Shown one piece after another: positions 28,831 to 39,024 of a stretch of 64,000 nucleotides of DNA. The position numbers and the translations under genes are program-made. This DNA comes from Candidatus Omnitrophota bacterium (lineage in GTDB: Bacteria > Hinthialibacterota > Hinthialibacteria > Hinthialibacterales > Hinthialibacteraceae): the NCBI GenBank assembly GCA_040755155.1, contig JBFMBP010000153.1, forward strand, positions 106,010 through 170,009, read 5' to 3'. The notes beneath the pieces are model-generated. The model had not been told where the DNA came from. It did no database searches and was given only the letters and a program-made list of their open reading frames with translations. Within the stretch, counting starts at the first letter, position 1, and each line of letters starts with the position of its first letter.

Positions 28831-29496
28831 TCAATTGTTCTTTTTGCTTTCGAAACCCGGGCTTGCGTCATTCGCGGAATAGGGGATCGGATTGTATGCG
28901 AGCGCGTAGATATTGTTGAGGCGGTCGTCGATCGCCCGCATCAGATCGACGGAGAAATCCTTCATCTTCCGCTGCGTTAATTCCTGATCCACTTTGCGGA
29001 AAGAAGCCAACAGCATCATCGAACGCTCCATAGCGTCCTGGCGGTCGGCGACCGTCTGGCCTTGGGAAACCATCTGCTCCGCCGTTTTCACAAGTTGATC
29101 GACGGCGGGTTGGTAATTTCGTTGAAATTCGGCGCGAATTTCCTCGCGCACCGCCGAGGCGTCCGCCGCCGGTCCCAGCGCCAACCGCACATCGCCCACT
29201 TGCAAAACCACGCCTTGGGAAACGCAGAATATCGCCGCCAGGCAGGCCGCCGCCGCAAGCCATCGCCCCCATCGCCGAGGCGGCGTGGAGGCTTTCAAAC
29301 TGGCGCGCAAAGGCAAAACGGAAGCGGGCGCCTCATCCAAGCAATTCAGCAAGCGATGAGTTCTCTCGATTTCGCCATACTCCGCCTTCGCTTCGGGATT
29401 CTGATCCAGCCACGCTTCGAAACGGCGGCGATCCTCGCCGGAAATTTCTCCATAGAGCATCTCCACCATGCGTTGTTCCAATTCCTCGCGAGTCAT
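28831..29496 (-). CDS. Anti-sigma factor (single-pass membrane; N-terminal anti-sigma domain)
   Basis: N-terminal MTREELEQRMVEMLYGEISGEDRRRFEAWLDQNPEAKAEY is typical of ECF anti-sigma N-domains. TM helix WLAAAACLAAIFCV. Sits 24 nt downstream of the ECF sigma gene. Confidence 0.7.
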   Translation of the reverse strand: MTREELEQRMVEMLYGEISGEDRRRFEAWLDQNPEAKAEYGEIERTHRLLNCLDEAPASVLPLRASLKASTPPRRWGRWLAAAACLAAIFCVSQGVVLQVGDVRLALGPAADASAVREEIRAEFQRNYQPAVDQLVKTAEQMVSQGQTVADRQDAMERSMMLLASFRKVDQELTQRKMKDFSVDLMRAIDDRLNNIYALAYNPIPYSANDASPGFESKKNN

Positions 29497-29520
29497 CCTT
29501 TTTCCTCCTGACGGCGATGA

Positions 29521-30150
29521 TTACGCCGTCTGAAAACAATCCGCTTCCAGAACGCCAAGCCGCTTCAATTCCCTCCTCATGGCGTCCAATCCGCGATAGA
29601 CGCGGGTTTTAATCGTACTTTCCGGCAAATGAAGAACTTCCGCTATATCCTTGAAACTCAGGTTTTCGAAATGGCGCATCACCAGGGCGATGCGCATCTC
29701 GCCGGGAAGGAGGTCGAGAGCCTCCTCGATGCGGCGTCCGATTTCGCGGCGGGAAGCTTCGTCGCGCGAAAGGCCGTCCGCCGCCGCCAGCGATCGCTCG
29801 CAATTTTCCTCATCGTTCGAATCGATAGGCCGCATGACGGGACTCCGTTTTCTGGCAAATTTATCGATGACTAAATTCGTAGCGATGCGGTAAAGCCAGG
29901 CTTGAAACGAACCGCCCGGCGCAAAGGAACGGCGATGATTGTAAATGCGAAGAAACAACTCCTGGCGCAGGTCTTCCGCTTCGTCCCTATTGCCGACGCA
30001 GCGGAGAAAATAGTTGAGCATCCGCTTGTCCCAACGTTGAACTAAAAGTTCAAACGCCAATAGAGAGCCATTTCCGCTTTCAACGATCAATTGTTCGTCT
30101 GAGAGCAACATCCCGTTCATCCATCGTGAAATTGGGTCTTCAATGAACAT
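29521..30150 (-). CDS. ECF-subfamily RNA polymerase sigma-70 factor
   Basis: Region 2 (EDLRQELFLRIYNHRRSFAPGGSFQAWLYRIATNLVIDKFAR) and region 4 HTH (LSFKDIAEVLHLPESTIKTRVYRGLDAMRREL). Start could also be the internal Met of MNGM. Confidence 0.85.
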   Translation of the reverse strand: MFIEDPISRWMNGMLLSDEQLIVESGNGSLLAFELLVQRWDKRMLNYFLRCVGNRDEAEDLRQELFLRIYNHRRSFAPGGSFQAWLYRIATNLVIDKFARKRSPVMRPIDSNDEENCERSLAAADGLSRDEASRREIGRRIEEALDLLPGEMRIALVMRHFENLSFKDIAEVLHLPESTIKTRVYRGLDAMRRELKRLGVLEADCFQTA

Positions 30151-30474
30151 AAACGAAGGGATAGATGGAAAAGACGCAATTATTTTATCAAAATCCTAAT
30201 TGAGGCTTGCTGAAAAAAACTGGTTGGCAGAGAGAAGTGGGAAAACAAGCGTCTCGCCTATCCGACCGATATAGCGCGCCTACCGCCCGACACTCGGCCA
30301 TCCCAGCCTTGAAAGGCGGGACTATTTTTAAATGCCCCTTTAAAGGGACAAACGACAATAGCCCGTTTCATCGGCGGGAAGGTAAAAGCAAGATTTTTTC
30401 TACCCTTGAATAATCCATAGGATTAGCGAGAACATATGAAAAACAAAATGGGACATGTTTTTTTTCATCATTCA

Positions 30475-32067
30475 TCATTCATCATTTATCTTCATCACTC
30501 CGCTGGGCGAGACGATTTCATTGAGAATGGCGTTTAAAAACTGGCGGCATTGGCTCTTGGCGGTTTTATCGTCGCCATGAACGTCAACATCCCCGCGCCG
30601 CGAGCAGTCAATTCGCTTATACGTCAGATAATCCCCCATATCGAACTGAGCGTGTTCTTGCAGCGTAAATTCATCGACGGGAACCTCGACGATCCACCCC
30701 ATCTTTTCGGCGGCGTAGGGATCGAGGTTCTTTTCGAAAACGATCAGCTTTTTATGATAATCGAGCAGCTGCGGCATGTGTCCCCGGTTATTGTAGAAGA
30801 CGTCTCCTTCCTCCTCCGCCTCTCCTTTTCTTTTTCGGGTCTTCGGTTCCGCTTCTTCTCCCTGTGGGGCTTCTCCGCTGCGCGCCCGTGCGACATCGCT
30901 ATCCAGAATGCGCAGGAAAATGGGAATGCGGGGTTTTTGGTTATATAGGCCGGCAATGAATTTCAATATACTGAAGAGATGCTGAAGATATTGTTGCGCC
31001 GCGAAGGAACGAGTGCTCGAATCTTTGCCATAAAAAATAACATGGCGGGGAAACCGATTCGCCAACGCAGGAAGAGAATCGTACAATGGAGTAATGGATT
31101 GAATAAGAATCTCGCGGAAACGGGGAATCAGATCCGTCTGGGAGAAAAGTTCGCGGATTTTCTTATGATCGCGCATAGTAAACGTAATATCATCGGCGAA
31201 CTGCCATTGATAAAACAGCATCTCCCGATACTTGATGTCCTGGACGTTTAACGACATGACGTCTTGAACAATCTGCCGTCCCATCAAGTATACGTACTGC
31301 TGCGACTCTGCGCTGTCGTCCAGAAACTTCTGGATGATGTTGTCCAGAATTTGGGTTTTGAGATAAAGGACTGCTTCCTTCCCGCCTGAGAAAGTACGCA
31401 AGCGGATAAATTGTTCTACGGCGCCTTTACAGGCTTTCAACCAATGCTCCCATCCTTCGAATCCACGCAAGCGCATGATCGTCTCGCCGGTTTTAGCCTT
31501 GATTTCAAAACCGGGCGTATTGGGAAATAGAATAATTTTGCCGATCGAGTTCAACTGCTCCGAGAATTGATAAACCGCGTAACGCATGACGGCGTTCTTG
31601 GGGACGGATTGAATCGCAATCCGGTCCAAAATCGCCTTGGCCGCTTGCGGGGGAGTATTGAACGCTTCGGTCAGAAGCGGATGAACGTAGGCGACTGCGA
31701 CGTTGGAGACGGATTCGCTTCGTTCCAGGATCCTATCGATCCGGTTCAGAATATTCGTCTTCTCGACGGTTTTTCCAGCGGCGTGCTGATCGCAAGCCTG
31801 CTTTAATAGTTCTAGGTCGTCGGGATTCAATCCAACATTGGCTTTTTCGAACGCTTCCCGTACAATCCGCTCCCCCCACACGCGGCTGTCGCTTTCCTTT
31901 TTCCAACCCCATTTGTAGAAAGGGGATTTCTTGTACTGCAAAACGCCGCGAATCAATCCCAATTCGGTCAATAGAAGATACTTTTTATTTTTTTTTATCG
32001 ACGACAATAAATAAAGGCCGCCAACGGCTAGCAGAAGAAAGGATAAACCGGCTGTTTCTACAATCAT
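30475..32067 (-). CDS. Hypothetical membrane-anchored protein (single N-terminal TM), no recognisable domain
   Basis: N-terminal MIVETAGLSFLLLAVGGLYLLS followed by KKNKKY. 530 aa with an acidic/basic stretch EEAEPKTRKRKGEAEEEGD. The C-terminal codons lie inside the repeated TCATCATTCATCATT motif. Confidence 0.5.
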   Translation of the reverse strand: MIVETAGLSFLLLAVGGLYLLSSIKKNKKYLLLTELGLIRGVLQYKKSPFYKWGWKKESDSRVWGERIVREAFEKANVGLNPDDLELLKQACDQHAAGKTVEKTNILNRIDRILERSESVSNVAVAYVHPLLTEAFNTPPQAAKAILDRIAIQSVPKNAVMRYAVYQFSEQLNSIGKIILFPNTPGFEIKAKTGETIMRLRGFEGWEHWLKACKGAVEQFIRLRTFSGGKEAVLYLKTQILDNIIQKFLDDSAESQQYVYLMGRQIVQDVMSLNVQDIKYREMLFYQWQFADDITFTMRDHKKIRELFSQTDLIPRFREILIQSITPLYDSLPALANRFPRHVIFYGKDSSTRSFAAQQYLQHLFSILKFIAGLYNQKPRIPIFLRILDSDVARARSGEAPQGEEAEPKTRKRKGEAEEEGDVFYNNRGHMPQLLDYHKKLIVFEKNLDPYAAEKMGWIVEVPVDEFTLQEHAQFDMGDYLTYKRIDCSRRGDVDVHGDDKTAKSQCRQFLNAILNEIVSPSGVMKINDE

Positions 32068-32214
32068 GGAGATTTTTATCCTTCATCAAGAACAATAAAC
32101 AAAGTACGATATCAAAGACTAATCTGTCGCCGTTTTGCGTCCACCCGCATTATAGTTTTTTCCCAAGCGAAATAAAGTATTTTTTTGTTAACCTTTCATT
32201 AGCGAATGAAGTAT

Positions 32215-33501
32215 TCACGCCGATCGTCCGGCGCAGCGTAGTCCTTCCGCTTCATCCACCTTGGCCAAGAGACAAGCGCCAATGATAAAGAATACAATGA
32301 TGGCGGCGACGCCTGCGCGTTGCGAAGCGAACGTCTGCGTCAATACGCCGAATAAAAAGGGGCCTAAAAAAGCGGTGGCTTTGCCGGAAAAAGCGAAAAA
32401 ACCGAAAAATTCGTTCTCTTTATCCGTCGGAACGAAACGGCCCATCAAAGAACGGCTCGCCGATTGGTTGGGGCCGGAAAAGATGCCCGCCAACAGGCCG
32501 CCGATCCATAGCATGGCTTTCCCTTGAGCGGCGACGGCGAAGATGACGGCCAGCGTCAATCCCGCCAGGCTGATGAGGACCGTCCTTTTCCCTCCCAAAC
32601 GGTCATCCCAAAATCCCATGGCATACGCTCCCAATCCGGCGGCGATATTCAAACAAATCGCCAAAATCAACAACTCCGAATCGGCGAAATGAAACGTTCC
32701 TTTGGCGTAGATGCCGCTGAAGGCGAAGATGGTAATCAGCCCATCGTTATAAAAAAGGCGCGCCGCCAACAGCCTTACGATTTGCCGGTATCGCCGGATT
32801 TCATGAAACGTCTCGATCAACTGCTTGACGCTCGACGCCAGGATTTTTTCTCCCCCCGAACATGCCCGCGATCGATCTTCTTTCACCCAAAGAAAAATGG
32901 GAATGCAGAAAAGGGCGTACCACACAGCCACCAACAGGTTCGTCGCCCGGATGTTCTCGCCCAATTCTTTGGAAAAGCCAAACCAAGGAACGCTGGGTTG
33001 AACGAAACCGGCGAAGGCGATAAGCAGCGCCATTAATCCTCCCATATACCCCATCGCCCAGCCATATCCCGATATGCGCCCGATTTTTTCCGGAGGAGCG
33101 ATGTCAGGCAAAAAGGCGTTATAAAAAACTTCTCCCATCTCAAAAGCGATGTTGGCCGTTACGAACCAAAACAAAGCCGCGCTTGTCCGGCCTGGCATAA
33201 TCGTATATAACATCGCCGATCCTCCCGCCGCGACGGCGGTGAAAAAGAAGAGAAACGCCTTGCGAAAACCCCCTCGGTCCGCAATGGCGCCCAGAAACGG
33301 CGAAAGCATGGCGGAGGCGAGAGCCGTAATCGTTACGCCTCTCGACCATAGAACCGTTCCCATATTCTCGTCCGCTGCGAAAGCCTTAATGAAATATGTG
33401 GCATAGATAAAAGTTACGACCAGCGTCGTAAAGGGGGAATTGGCGAAATCGTATAAGCACCAGGAGAAAACCGCCCGCCGATCGCAGGAAGAAGATCGCA
33501 T
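32215..33501 (-). CDS. MFS transporter (UMF1-like family)
   Basis: Start trimmed to MRSSSCDRRAVFSWCLYDFANSPFTTLVV, the typical UMF1 N-terminus. AAGGA RBS. 12 predicted TM segments. The ORF-track N-terminal extension reads through a MITE-like repeat and is rejected. Confidence 0.75.
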   Translation of the reverse strand: MRSSSCDRRAVFSWCLYDFANSPFTTLVVTFIYATYFIKAFAADENMGTVLWSRGVTITALASAMLSPFLGAIADRGGFRKAFLFFFTAVAAGGSAMLYTIMPGRTSAALFWFVTANIAFEMGEVFYNAFLPDIAPPEKIGRISGYGWAMGYMGGLMALLIAFAGFVQPSVPWFGFSKELGENIRATNLLVAVWYALFCIPIFLWVKEDRSRACSGGEKILASSVKQLIETFHEIRRYRQIVRLLAARLFYNDGLITIFAFSGIYAKGTFHFADSELLILAICLNIAAGLGAYAMGFWDDRLGGKRTVLISLAGLTLAVIFAVAAQGKAMLWIGGLLAGIFSGPNQSASRSLMGRFVPTDKENEFFGFFAFSGKATAFLGPFLFGVLTQTFASQRAGVAAIIVFFIIGACLLAKVDEAEGLRCAGRSA

Positions 33502-33538
33502 CGATAGTATCCTTATCTCTTGGAATGGAACCAATAAT

Positions 33539-33669
33539 GACGCTCTGGCAAAAAGTATTGATGTTGCTGTCGAGTGACTACCTATTGGGGTGCAGGCATC
33601 TTGCCTGCAGTATATCTTGTGCAGGTTGGAAGCCCGCACCACATGAAATTGATTTTTTGCCGTTCCGTC
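33539..33669. mobile_element. MITE-like ~130-bp structured repeat, copy 1 of 3
   Basis: Near-identical copies at 50035-50166 and 50714-50844. Imperfect ~16-bp terminal inverted repeats GACGaTCCGGCAAAAA / TTTTTGCCGtTCCGTC. Internal palindrome TGCAGGCATCTTGCCTGCA. ATTGAT direct repeats just inside each end. Confidence 0.7.
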
Positions 33670-33710
33670 AATAATAAAAACATATCTTAGACGAATTCAA
33701 AAATTTTGCG

Positions 33711-33756
33711 GGAAAAAAACAGCCCAGGAAATCGTTTCCTGGGCCGCGTTTTTCAA
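33711..33756 (-). terminator. Rho-independent terminator for secG (hairpin is flanked by U-runs on both strands)
   Basis: GCCCAGGAAA-tcg-TTTCCTGGGC at 33722-33744. On the minus strand it is followed by TTTTTTT (plus-strand A-run 33713-33719). On the plus strand it is followed by CGCGTTTTTC. Confidence 0.7.
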
Positions 33757-33773
33757 AAAGCTTAATTCGATCT

Positions 33774-34271
33774 TTACGGCTGTCCTCCCTGCTGGGCCGG
33801 TTGTCCTTGAGCAGCGGGAATCTGAGAATTATTGGAAGCAGGCGCTTGCGGTTGAGGATCTGAAGTTTGGGGGCTGGAACCTGCGTCCGCTTTTTCCGAG
33901 GCGGTTCCCGCCGCGCCTGCGCCGGGAGCTGGAACGGCGGCGTTCTCTTTGGTAGCCTGGCTTTGTTTCACCAAATCCTGCACGGATTGCCCTGTCTGTT
34001 GTTCGTCTTGAGTCGCCATGATGCTATGCGCTCCGGAAGGAGGCAAGACGATAGTCAACAGAATGCTCGTCAGAGCGAAAGTAACCGCCAAGCCGATAGT
34101 GATCTTCACCAGAATATTCATGGAGCCTGAAGTACTGAAGACGCTGTCGCTGCCGCCGAACGAACCAAAAGCGCCGGAAAGCCCCAGTCCTTTATTCGCT
34201 TGCAGCAGAATGAAGAAAACCAAAGCAATGCAAATAGAAAAATGAATAAGACAGAGTAAATAGTAGAGCAT
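33774..34271 (-). CDS. secG: Preprotein translocase subunit SecG with a Gln/Pro/Ala-rich C-terminal extension
   Basis: MLYYLLCLIHFSICIALVFFILLQANKGLGLSGAFGSFGGSDSVFSTSG is the canonical SecG N-terminus. AAGGAGAG RBS. 11-nt gap after pgk. Confidence 0.85.
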   Translation of the reverse strand: MLYYLLCLIHFSICIALVFFILLQANKGLGLSGAFGSFGGSDSVFSTSGSMNILVKITIGLAVTFALTSILLTIVLPPSGAHSIMATQDEQQTGQSVQDLVKQSQATKENAAVPAPGAGAAGTASEKADAGSSPQTSDPQPQAPASNNSQIPAAQGQPAQQGGQP

Positions 34272-34282
34272 TCCACTCTCCT

Positions 34283-35470
34283 TTATTTATCCGAGAGAGC
34301 CGCCACGCCGGGAAGAAGCTTCCCTTCGAGCAGTTCCAACGAGGCGCCTCCTCCCGTGCTGATATGAGAAATTTTATCGCTTACGCCGGCTTTGTGAACC
34401 GCCGAGACCGAATCGCCGCCGCCGACGATGGACACGGCGTTGGACGAAGCCACCGCATTGGCGATGCTCATCGTCCCTTCGGCGAAAGCGGGAATTTCAA
34501 AAACGCCCATAGGTCCGTTCCAGACGATAGTCTTGGCCTTGGCGATCTCTTCTTTGTATTTCGCAATCGTAGCAGGGCCGATATCGACGCCTTTAAGGCC
34601 GCTAGGAATCGAGGAAGCGTTAATAACTTGCGGTTCCACGCCCTCTTTCACTTCGGCGGCCGCTTTATGATCTACCGGCAGCAGAAACTTGACGCCTTTT
34701 TTCTCCACCGCTTCCAACACCTGCTTTGCGACGTCCAGTTTCTCTTCTTCAACGATGGAACCGCCCACTTCGACGCCCTTGACCTTCAACAAAGTATACG
34801 CCATGGCGCCGCCGATGAGAATGCCGTCCACTTTATCGAGCAAGTTGGTGATAACGTCGATTTTGCCGGAAATTTTTAATCCGCCGAGAATAGCGAGGAA
34901 AGGACGTTGGGGCGCCTCCAACGCGCCGATGAGATACTCCAGTTCTTTCTGCATTAAATACCCGGCGGCGTTTTCCTTGAAGAAGCGAGTAACGCCTTCC
35001 GTGGAAGCGTGGGCGCGGTGAGCCGTGCCGAAAGCGTCGTTGACGTAAAGGTCGCCTAATGATGCTAGTTGTTTGCAAAATTCGGGATCGTTCTTCTCCT
35101 CTTCGGGATGGAAGCGAAGATTCTCCAGCATGACAACGTCGCCGTCTTTCATGGCGGATACGGCCTGGGCGACATCGCTCCCGACGCAATCCTTGAGGGC
35201 GGCGACCGGTTTGCCCAATAATTCACCCAACCGTTTGGCGGCGGGCGCCAAGCGGAATTCCTCTTTGACCTGGCCTTTGGGACGTCCCAGATGGGACATC
35301 AGGATCACGCGGCCGCCCCGATCCATTAGGGATTGAATCGTAGGGATGGCGGCGCGGATGCGGGTATCGTCCGTAACGTTCGCTGCCGCGTCCAAGGGGA
35401 CGTTAAAATCCACGCGTACGAGAACGCGCTTTCCTTGAGGATTGATATCGTCGATCGTTTTCTTGTTCAT
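34283..35470 (-). CDS. pgk: Phosphoglycerate kinase
   Basis: [27 protein letters not shown] and the later ..[16 protein letters not shown].. are canonical PGK motifs. 395 aa. Confidence 0.95.
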   Translation of the reverse strand: MNKKTIDDINPQGKRVLVRVDFNVPLDAAANVTDDTRIRAAIPTIQSLMDRGGRVILMSHLGRPKGQVKEEFRLAPAAKRLGELLGKPVAALKDCVGSDVAQAVSAMKDGDVVMLENLRFHPEEEKNDPEFCKQLASLGDLYVNDAFGTAHRAHASTEGVTRFFKENAAGYLMQKELEYLIGALEAPQRPFLAILGGLKISGKIDVITNLLDKVDGILIGGAMAYTLLKVKGVEVGGSIVEEEKLDVAKQVLEAVEKKGVKFLLPVDHKAAAEVKEGVEPQVINASSIPSGLKGVDIGPATIAKYKEEIAKAKTIVWNGPMGVFEIPAFAEGTMSIANAVASSNAVSIVGGGDSVSAVHKAGVSDKISHISTGGGASLELLEGKLLPGVAALSDK

Positions 35471-35572
35471 GGCTCGAACTCTCCGTCTCCAGTATTAAAG
35501 CGGCAAGGAGACGGGGAGACATGGCGGACGCCACTCTCCCCATCTCAAAGTCTCAGAATCTCAAAGTCTCTC

Positions 35573-36568
35573 TTACGCGATCATCTTAATCAGATCGACG
35601 ACGCGGTTGGAGAAGCCCCATTCGTTGTCGTACCAAGAAAGAATCTTGATAAACGTCTTGTCGATCACTCTGGTGTATAGCGAATCGAAGATGGAAGAGT
35701 GCGGATTGCCGTTGAAGTCGCCGGATACCAGCGGCTCGTCGCAATACATCAGAATGCCTTTCATGGAACCTTCCGCCGCCGCTTTCACGGCCGCGTTGAT
35801 TTCATCGACAGTCACCGCTTGACCCAACTCGGCGGTCAAATCGACCACGGAAACGTTAGGAGTGGGGACGCGCATGGAGAAGCCGTCCAGCTTGCCGTTC
35901 AATTCCGGCATAACCAGGCCAATAGCGGCGGCGGCGCCAGTTTTGGTGGGAATCATATTCAAAGCGGCGGCGCGGGCGCGGCGCAAATCTTTATGAGGTT
36001 GATCCAAAATTTTCTGATCGTTGGTGTAGGAGTGGATGGTGGTCATGAGGCCGCGCTTGATGCCGAATTTTTCGTGTAAAACTTTGACGACCGGCGCCAG
36101 GCAGTTAGTGGTGCAGGAAGCGTTGGATAACACGTCATGCTTGGAACCGTCATAGATGCCGTCGTTCACGCCCATAACAATGGTAACGTCGCAGTCCTTG
36201 GAAGGAGCGCTGATGATGACCTTTTTGGCGCCCGCTTTCATATGGGCGGCCGCTTTGGCGCGATCGGTAAACAAGCCGGTGGATTCGACTACGATTTGCG
36301 CCCCCAATTTGGCCCAGGGCAAATTGGCGGGATCCTTTTCCGCGCAAACGGGAATAGCGGCGCCATCGATCACCAGGTCTTCTCCTTTAGCGGCGACGGA
36401 TCCGCCGTAAATTCCATGGATGGAATCGTATTTGTAAAGGTAGGCCAGCGTCTTAGCGTCGGTAATATCGTTGATGCCGACGATCTCGATGCCGCCCGCT
36501 TTCATAGCCGCCCGCGCTACCAGTCTTCCGATTCGTCCAAATCCATTGATTCCTACTTTAATCGCCAT
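35573..36568 (-). CDS. gap: Glyceraldehyde-3-phosphate dehydrogenase (type I)
   Basis: [20 protein letters not shown] Rossmann N-terminus. Active site [19 protein letters not shown] 7 nt upstream. Confidence 0.95.
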   Translation of the reverse strand: MAIKVGINGFGRIGRLVARAAMKAGGIEIVGINDITDAKTLAYLYKYDSIHGIYGGSVAAKGEDLVIDGAAIPVCAEKDPANLPWAKLGAQIVVESTGLFTDRAKAAAHMKAGAKKVIISAPSKDCDVTIVMGVNDGIYDGSKHDVLSNASCTTNCLAPVVKVLHEKFGIKRGLMTTIHSYTNDQKILDQPHKDLRRARAAALNMIPTKTGAAAAIGLVMPELNGKLDGFSMRVPTPNVSVVDLTAELGQAVTVDEINAAVKAAAEGSMKGILMYCDEPLVSGDFNGNPHSSIFDSLYTRVIDKTFIKILSWYDNEWGFSNRVVDLIKMIA

Positions 36569-37070
36569 TGTTGTCCTCCTATGCGTTTAACCGCATTTTA
36601 TGGGTTTTTATATGGTGAATGAATACATTCGGCGTGTCGAAAAGAAGAGCGTTCCCACGGCTTCAAGGTTAGAAAAAAACCGTCGTCCAAACAGCCCGGC
36701 CCCTCTTTGTATAATCTATAAATAATAACCCGCTACGAAAGAATCGAAAAGGAGCATCCGCCTTTCCGAACAAATTTTCATAAATGGTTTTCTTTCGCCC
36801 AACTCAATCCTAACAAACAACGGAAAATAAGCTATATTTCAGGATCAACGAATGAATTTTAGGATGGGGTTCAGAATTTTTAGCGGCGCAATGTCAAGAA
36901 ACGATTTGACATTCGGATTTTCTTCGATCATAATATCGAGTAGATTACATTTGATGTAATATTATTTTTTGCCGTTGAGAGGATAAAGAGCGCCATTCGT
37001 TTCCATGCAGCGAGAAATTCCTTGTTGTTTGGAATAAAGCCATACCATCCGATGAAATGAGGGAGCAGTC

Positions 37071-37331
37071 ATGAGCGAAGAGACCATTGTATCCATCCAA
37101 CTGCGGCATATCGATCCCAGCCTGGTCGCCAAGTTGCAGAACCTATCCAAAACTTACGGCGTATCCGAAAAGATGTTGGTGGACATCGCCATCAAAAAAT
37201 TCCTCAATCTAGCGCTCGACGAACACTGCGAACTCATCGCCGAATATCAAACCTGTCAAAAACTGGGCCAGCGCTTTGGAGATATCGACCTTTTGGGCGC
37301 GCTGAATCGGAAAAGATTTAAAACCGCATAA
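37071..37331 (+). CDS. Small hypothetical protein (86 aa), possibly ribbon-helix-helix-like
   Basis: ORF with GAGGGAG RBS (..aaatgagggagcagtcATG). No confident domain. ..SEKMLVDIAIKKFL.. is reminiscent of RHH/antitoxin-like folds. Confidence 0.4.
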   Translation: MSEETIVSIQLRHIDPSLVAKLQNLSKTYGVSEKMLVDIAIKKFLNLALDEHCELIAEYQTCQKLGQRFGDIDLLGALNRKRFKTA

Positions 37332-37374
37332 ATTCTTCCAGCGGCGATTTGCGAGTTTCCTCCAGTCCGCGATC

Positions 37375-39024
37375 TTATGGCCATTGGAGAGCGGAAGGGG
37401 GAGGATTTTTCTCCGTCTCCGAAGCTGGCGATGAAAAGCGGAAGCGCCGCCAATCGATGCGCAACTTTCGCATTCGCGCCCGCAACGTATGTGGATTGAT
37501 GCGCAAAAGGGCCGCTGCGCCGTTCCGGCCTTCGATGCGCCCATTCGTTCTCACGAGAGCGGCTTCGATATGGCGTCGAACCGCCTCGTCAAGGGGAAGA
37601 AAAGCAAAATCCGAAGTGGGCGGCGTCTCCCCTTCGAAAAACGCCTTCGACGGTTTGCCCGCTGTCAGGTTCATCACTCCTAACGCCTTGGCCACATCCA
37701 AACGCCGTCCGTTGCCGATCAAAGCCGCCCTGTCCATGATGGCGCCCAACTCGCGGATGTTTCCCGGCCAGGAATAGGAAGTCAGCAATTCGATATCTTC
37801 TTGCGTGGGCAATAGCGCCGGCAGACCGAAACGAATAGCGGAACGTTCGGCGAAATAGTTCGCCATAACCGGCATATCTTCGAACCGGTCGCGCAAGGGG
37901 GGCAGGAAAATGGGAAAGACGGCGATGCGATACCACAAATCTTCCCGGAATCGTCCTTCGCCGACCATGGAAGCCAAATCCCGATGCGTAGCGGCGACGA
38001 GACGAACATCGACCTTGATAGGTTGGCGTCCCCCGACGCGCTCCAGCCAGCCGTCCTGCAGGATGCGCAACAGCCGAACCTGGACATTCAGAGGCAATTC
38101 CCCGATTTCATCCAGGAAAAGCGTGCCTTCATCGGCTCGCTCGAACCATCCTCGATAAGTCTCCACCGCCCCGGTGAAAGCGCCGCGCTCATGTCCGAAA
38201 AGTTGCGAGTCGATCAGTTCCGGCGGAATGGCGCCGCAATTCACGCGCATGATAGGACCGGAAGCGCGAGGAGAGCGTTTGTGAATGGCGCGGGCGACTA
38301 GTTCCTTGCCTGTGCCCGTTTCGCCGAAGATCAACACGGGAACATTGGAAGCGGCGACGCGGTCGACGCGCTCCATGACGGAACGCAACGTCGTATCCGC
38401 GCCGATGATGGTATCGCCCAGATCGCGGCGGCCAAGGCGGTTGAGCAACGAACGCTTGTCCGCTTCCGCCGCCTCGCGCAAAGCGGCCATTTCCCGCAGC
38501 CGATGATCGTTGTCCAAAGCGATGGCGAACGGCTCGAGGAGAATCTCCATCATAAGCGCATGGCGTTCCTGGAAATCTCGGCCCGGCGCGGCGATTAGAA
38601 GTAGAATTCCCAATGCGCCGCTGGGACAGCGCAAAGGTCCGGCCAAAAAATCGGCTTCCCTATTCATTGGCAAGAGAAAGTTCAAATCCGGAGCAAACGG
38701 CCTATCCCCTAGCCGATGCCTTACTCCGCCGTTAATGCGCCAATTTTGCAGCGCTTTCATTTGAGCCGAAGAACATTCCCGCCCCGTTTCGCCCAGAAGA
38801 GGCGGAGGCGCCGATAAGCCGAAGGCCGCCGCGTCCAGACGCGAACGTTCGGGATTGACGCGCATTACAATAACCTGAGAGAGAGGAAGATGGCGCACCA
38901 GCATTTGGGCGATGGTAACGGTAGATTCGCTAATCTCAATATGACGGCAGGCCTCGCGCCATACATCGAGAAGGATTTCATTAAACTTATCCATCATTTT
39001 TTGATTTTGTCCTATGACCAGCAT
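37375..39024 (-). CDS. Sigma-54-dependent transcriptional activator with N-terminal GAF domain (no receiver domain)
   Basis: AAA+ sigma-54 interaction domain with Walker A GETGTGKE and the GAFTGA loop (ERGAFTGAV). C-terminal Fis-type HTH (..AALLRINPHTLRARMRKL). N-terminal ~170 aa is GAF-like. Confidence 0.85.
   Translation of the reverse strand: MLVIGQNQKMMDKFNEILLDVWREACRHIEISESTVTIAQMLVRHLPLSQVIVMRVNPERSRLDAAAFGLSAPPPLLGETGRECSSAQMKALQNWRINGGVRHRLGDRPFAPDLNFLLPMNREADFLAGPLRCPSGALGILLLIAAPGRDFQERHALMMEILLEPFAIALDNDHRLREMAALREAAEADKRSLLNRLGRRDLGDTIIGADTTLRSVMERVDRVAASNVPVLIFGETGTGKELVARAIHKRSPRASGPIMRVNCGAIPPELIDSQLFGHERGAFTGAVETYRGWFERADEGTLFLDEIGELPLNVQVRLLRILQDGWLERVGGRQPIKVDVRLVAATHRDLASMVGEGRFREDLWYRIAVFPIFLPPLRDRFEDMPVMANYFAERSAIRFGLPALLPTQEDIELLTSYSWPGNIRELGAIMDRAALIGNGRRLDVAKALGVMNLTAGKPSKAFFEGETPPTSDFAFLPLDEAVRRHIEAALVRTNGRIEGRNGAAALLRINPHTLRARMRKLRIDWRRFRFSSPASETEKNPPPSALQWP

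Noticed and set aside
32215-33642. N-terminal 47-aa extension of the MFS transporter ORF
   Set aside because: The extension is translated from MITE copy 1, and the same peptide appears in the MITE-derived ORF at 50605-51054. A proper UMF1-type N-terminus and RBS begin at 33501.
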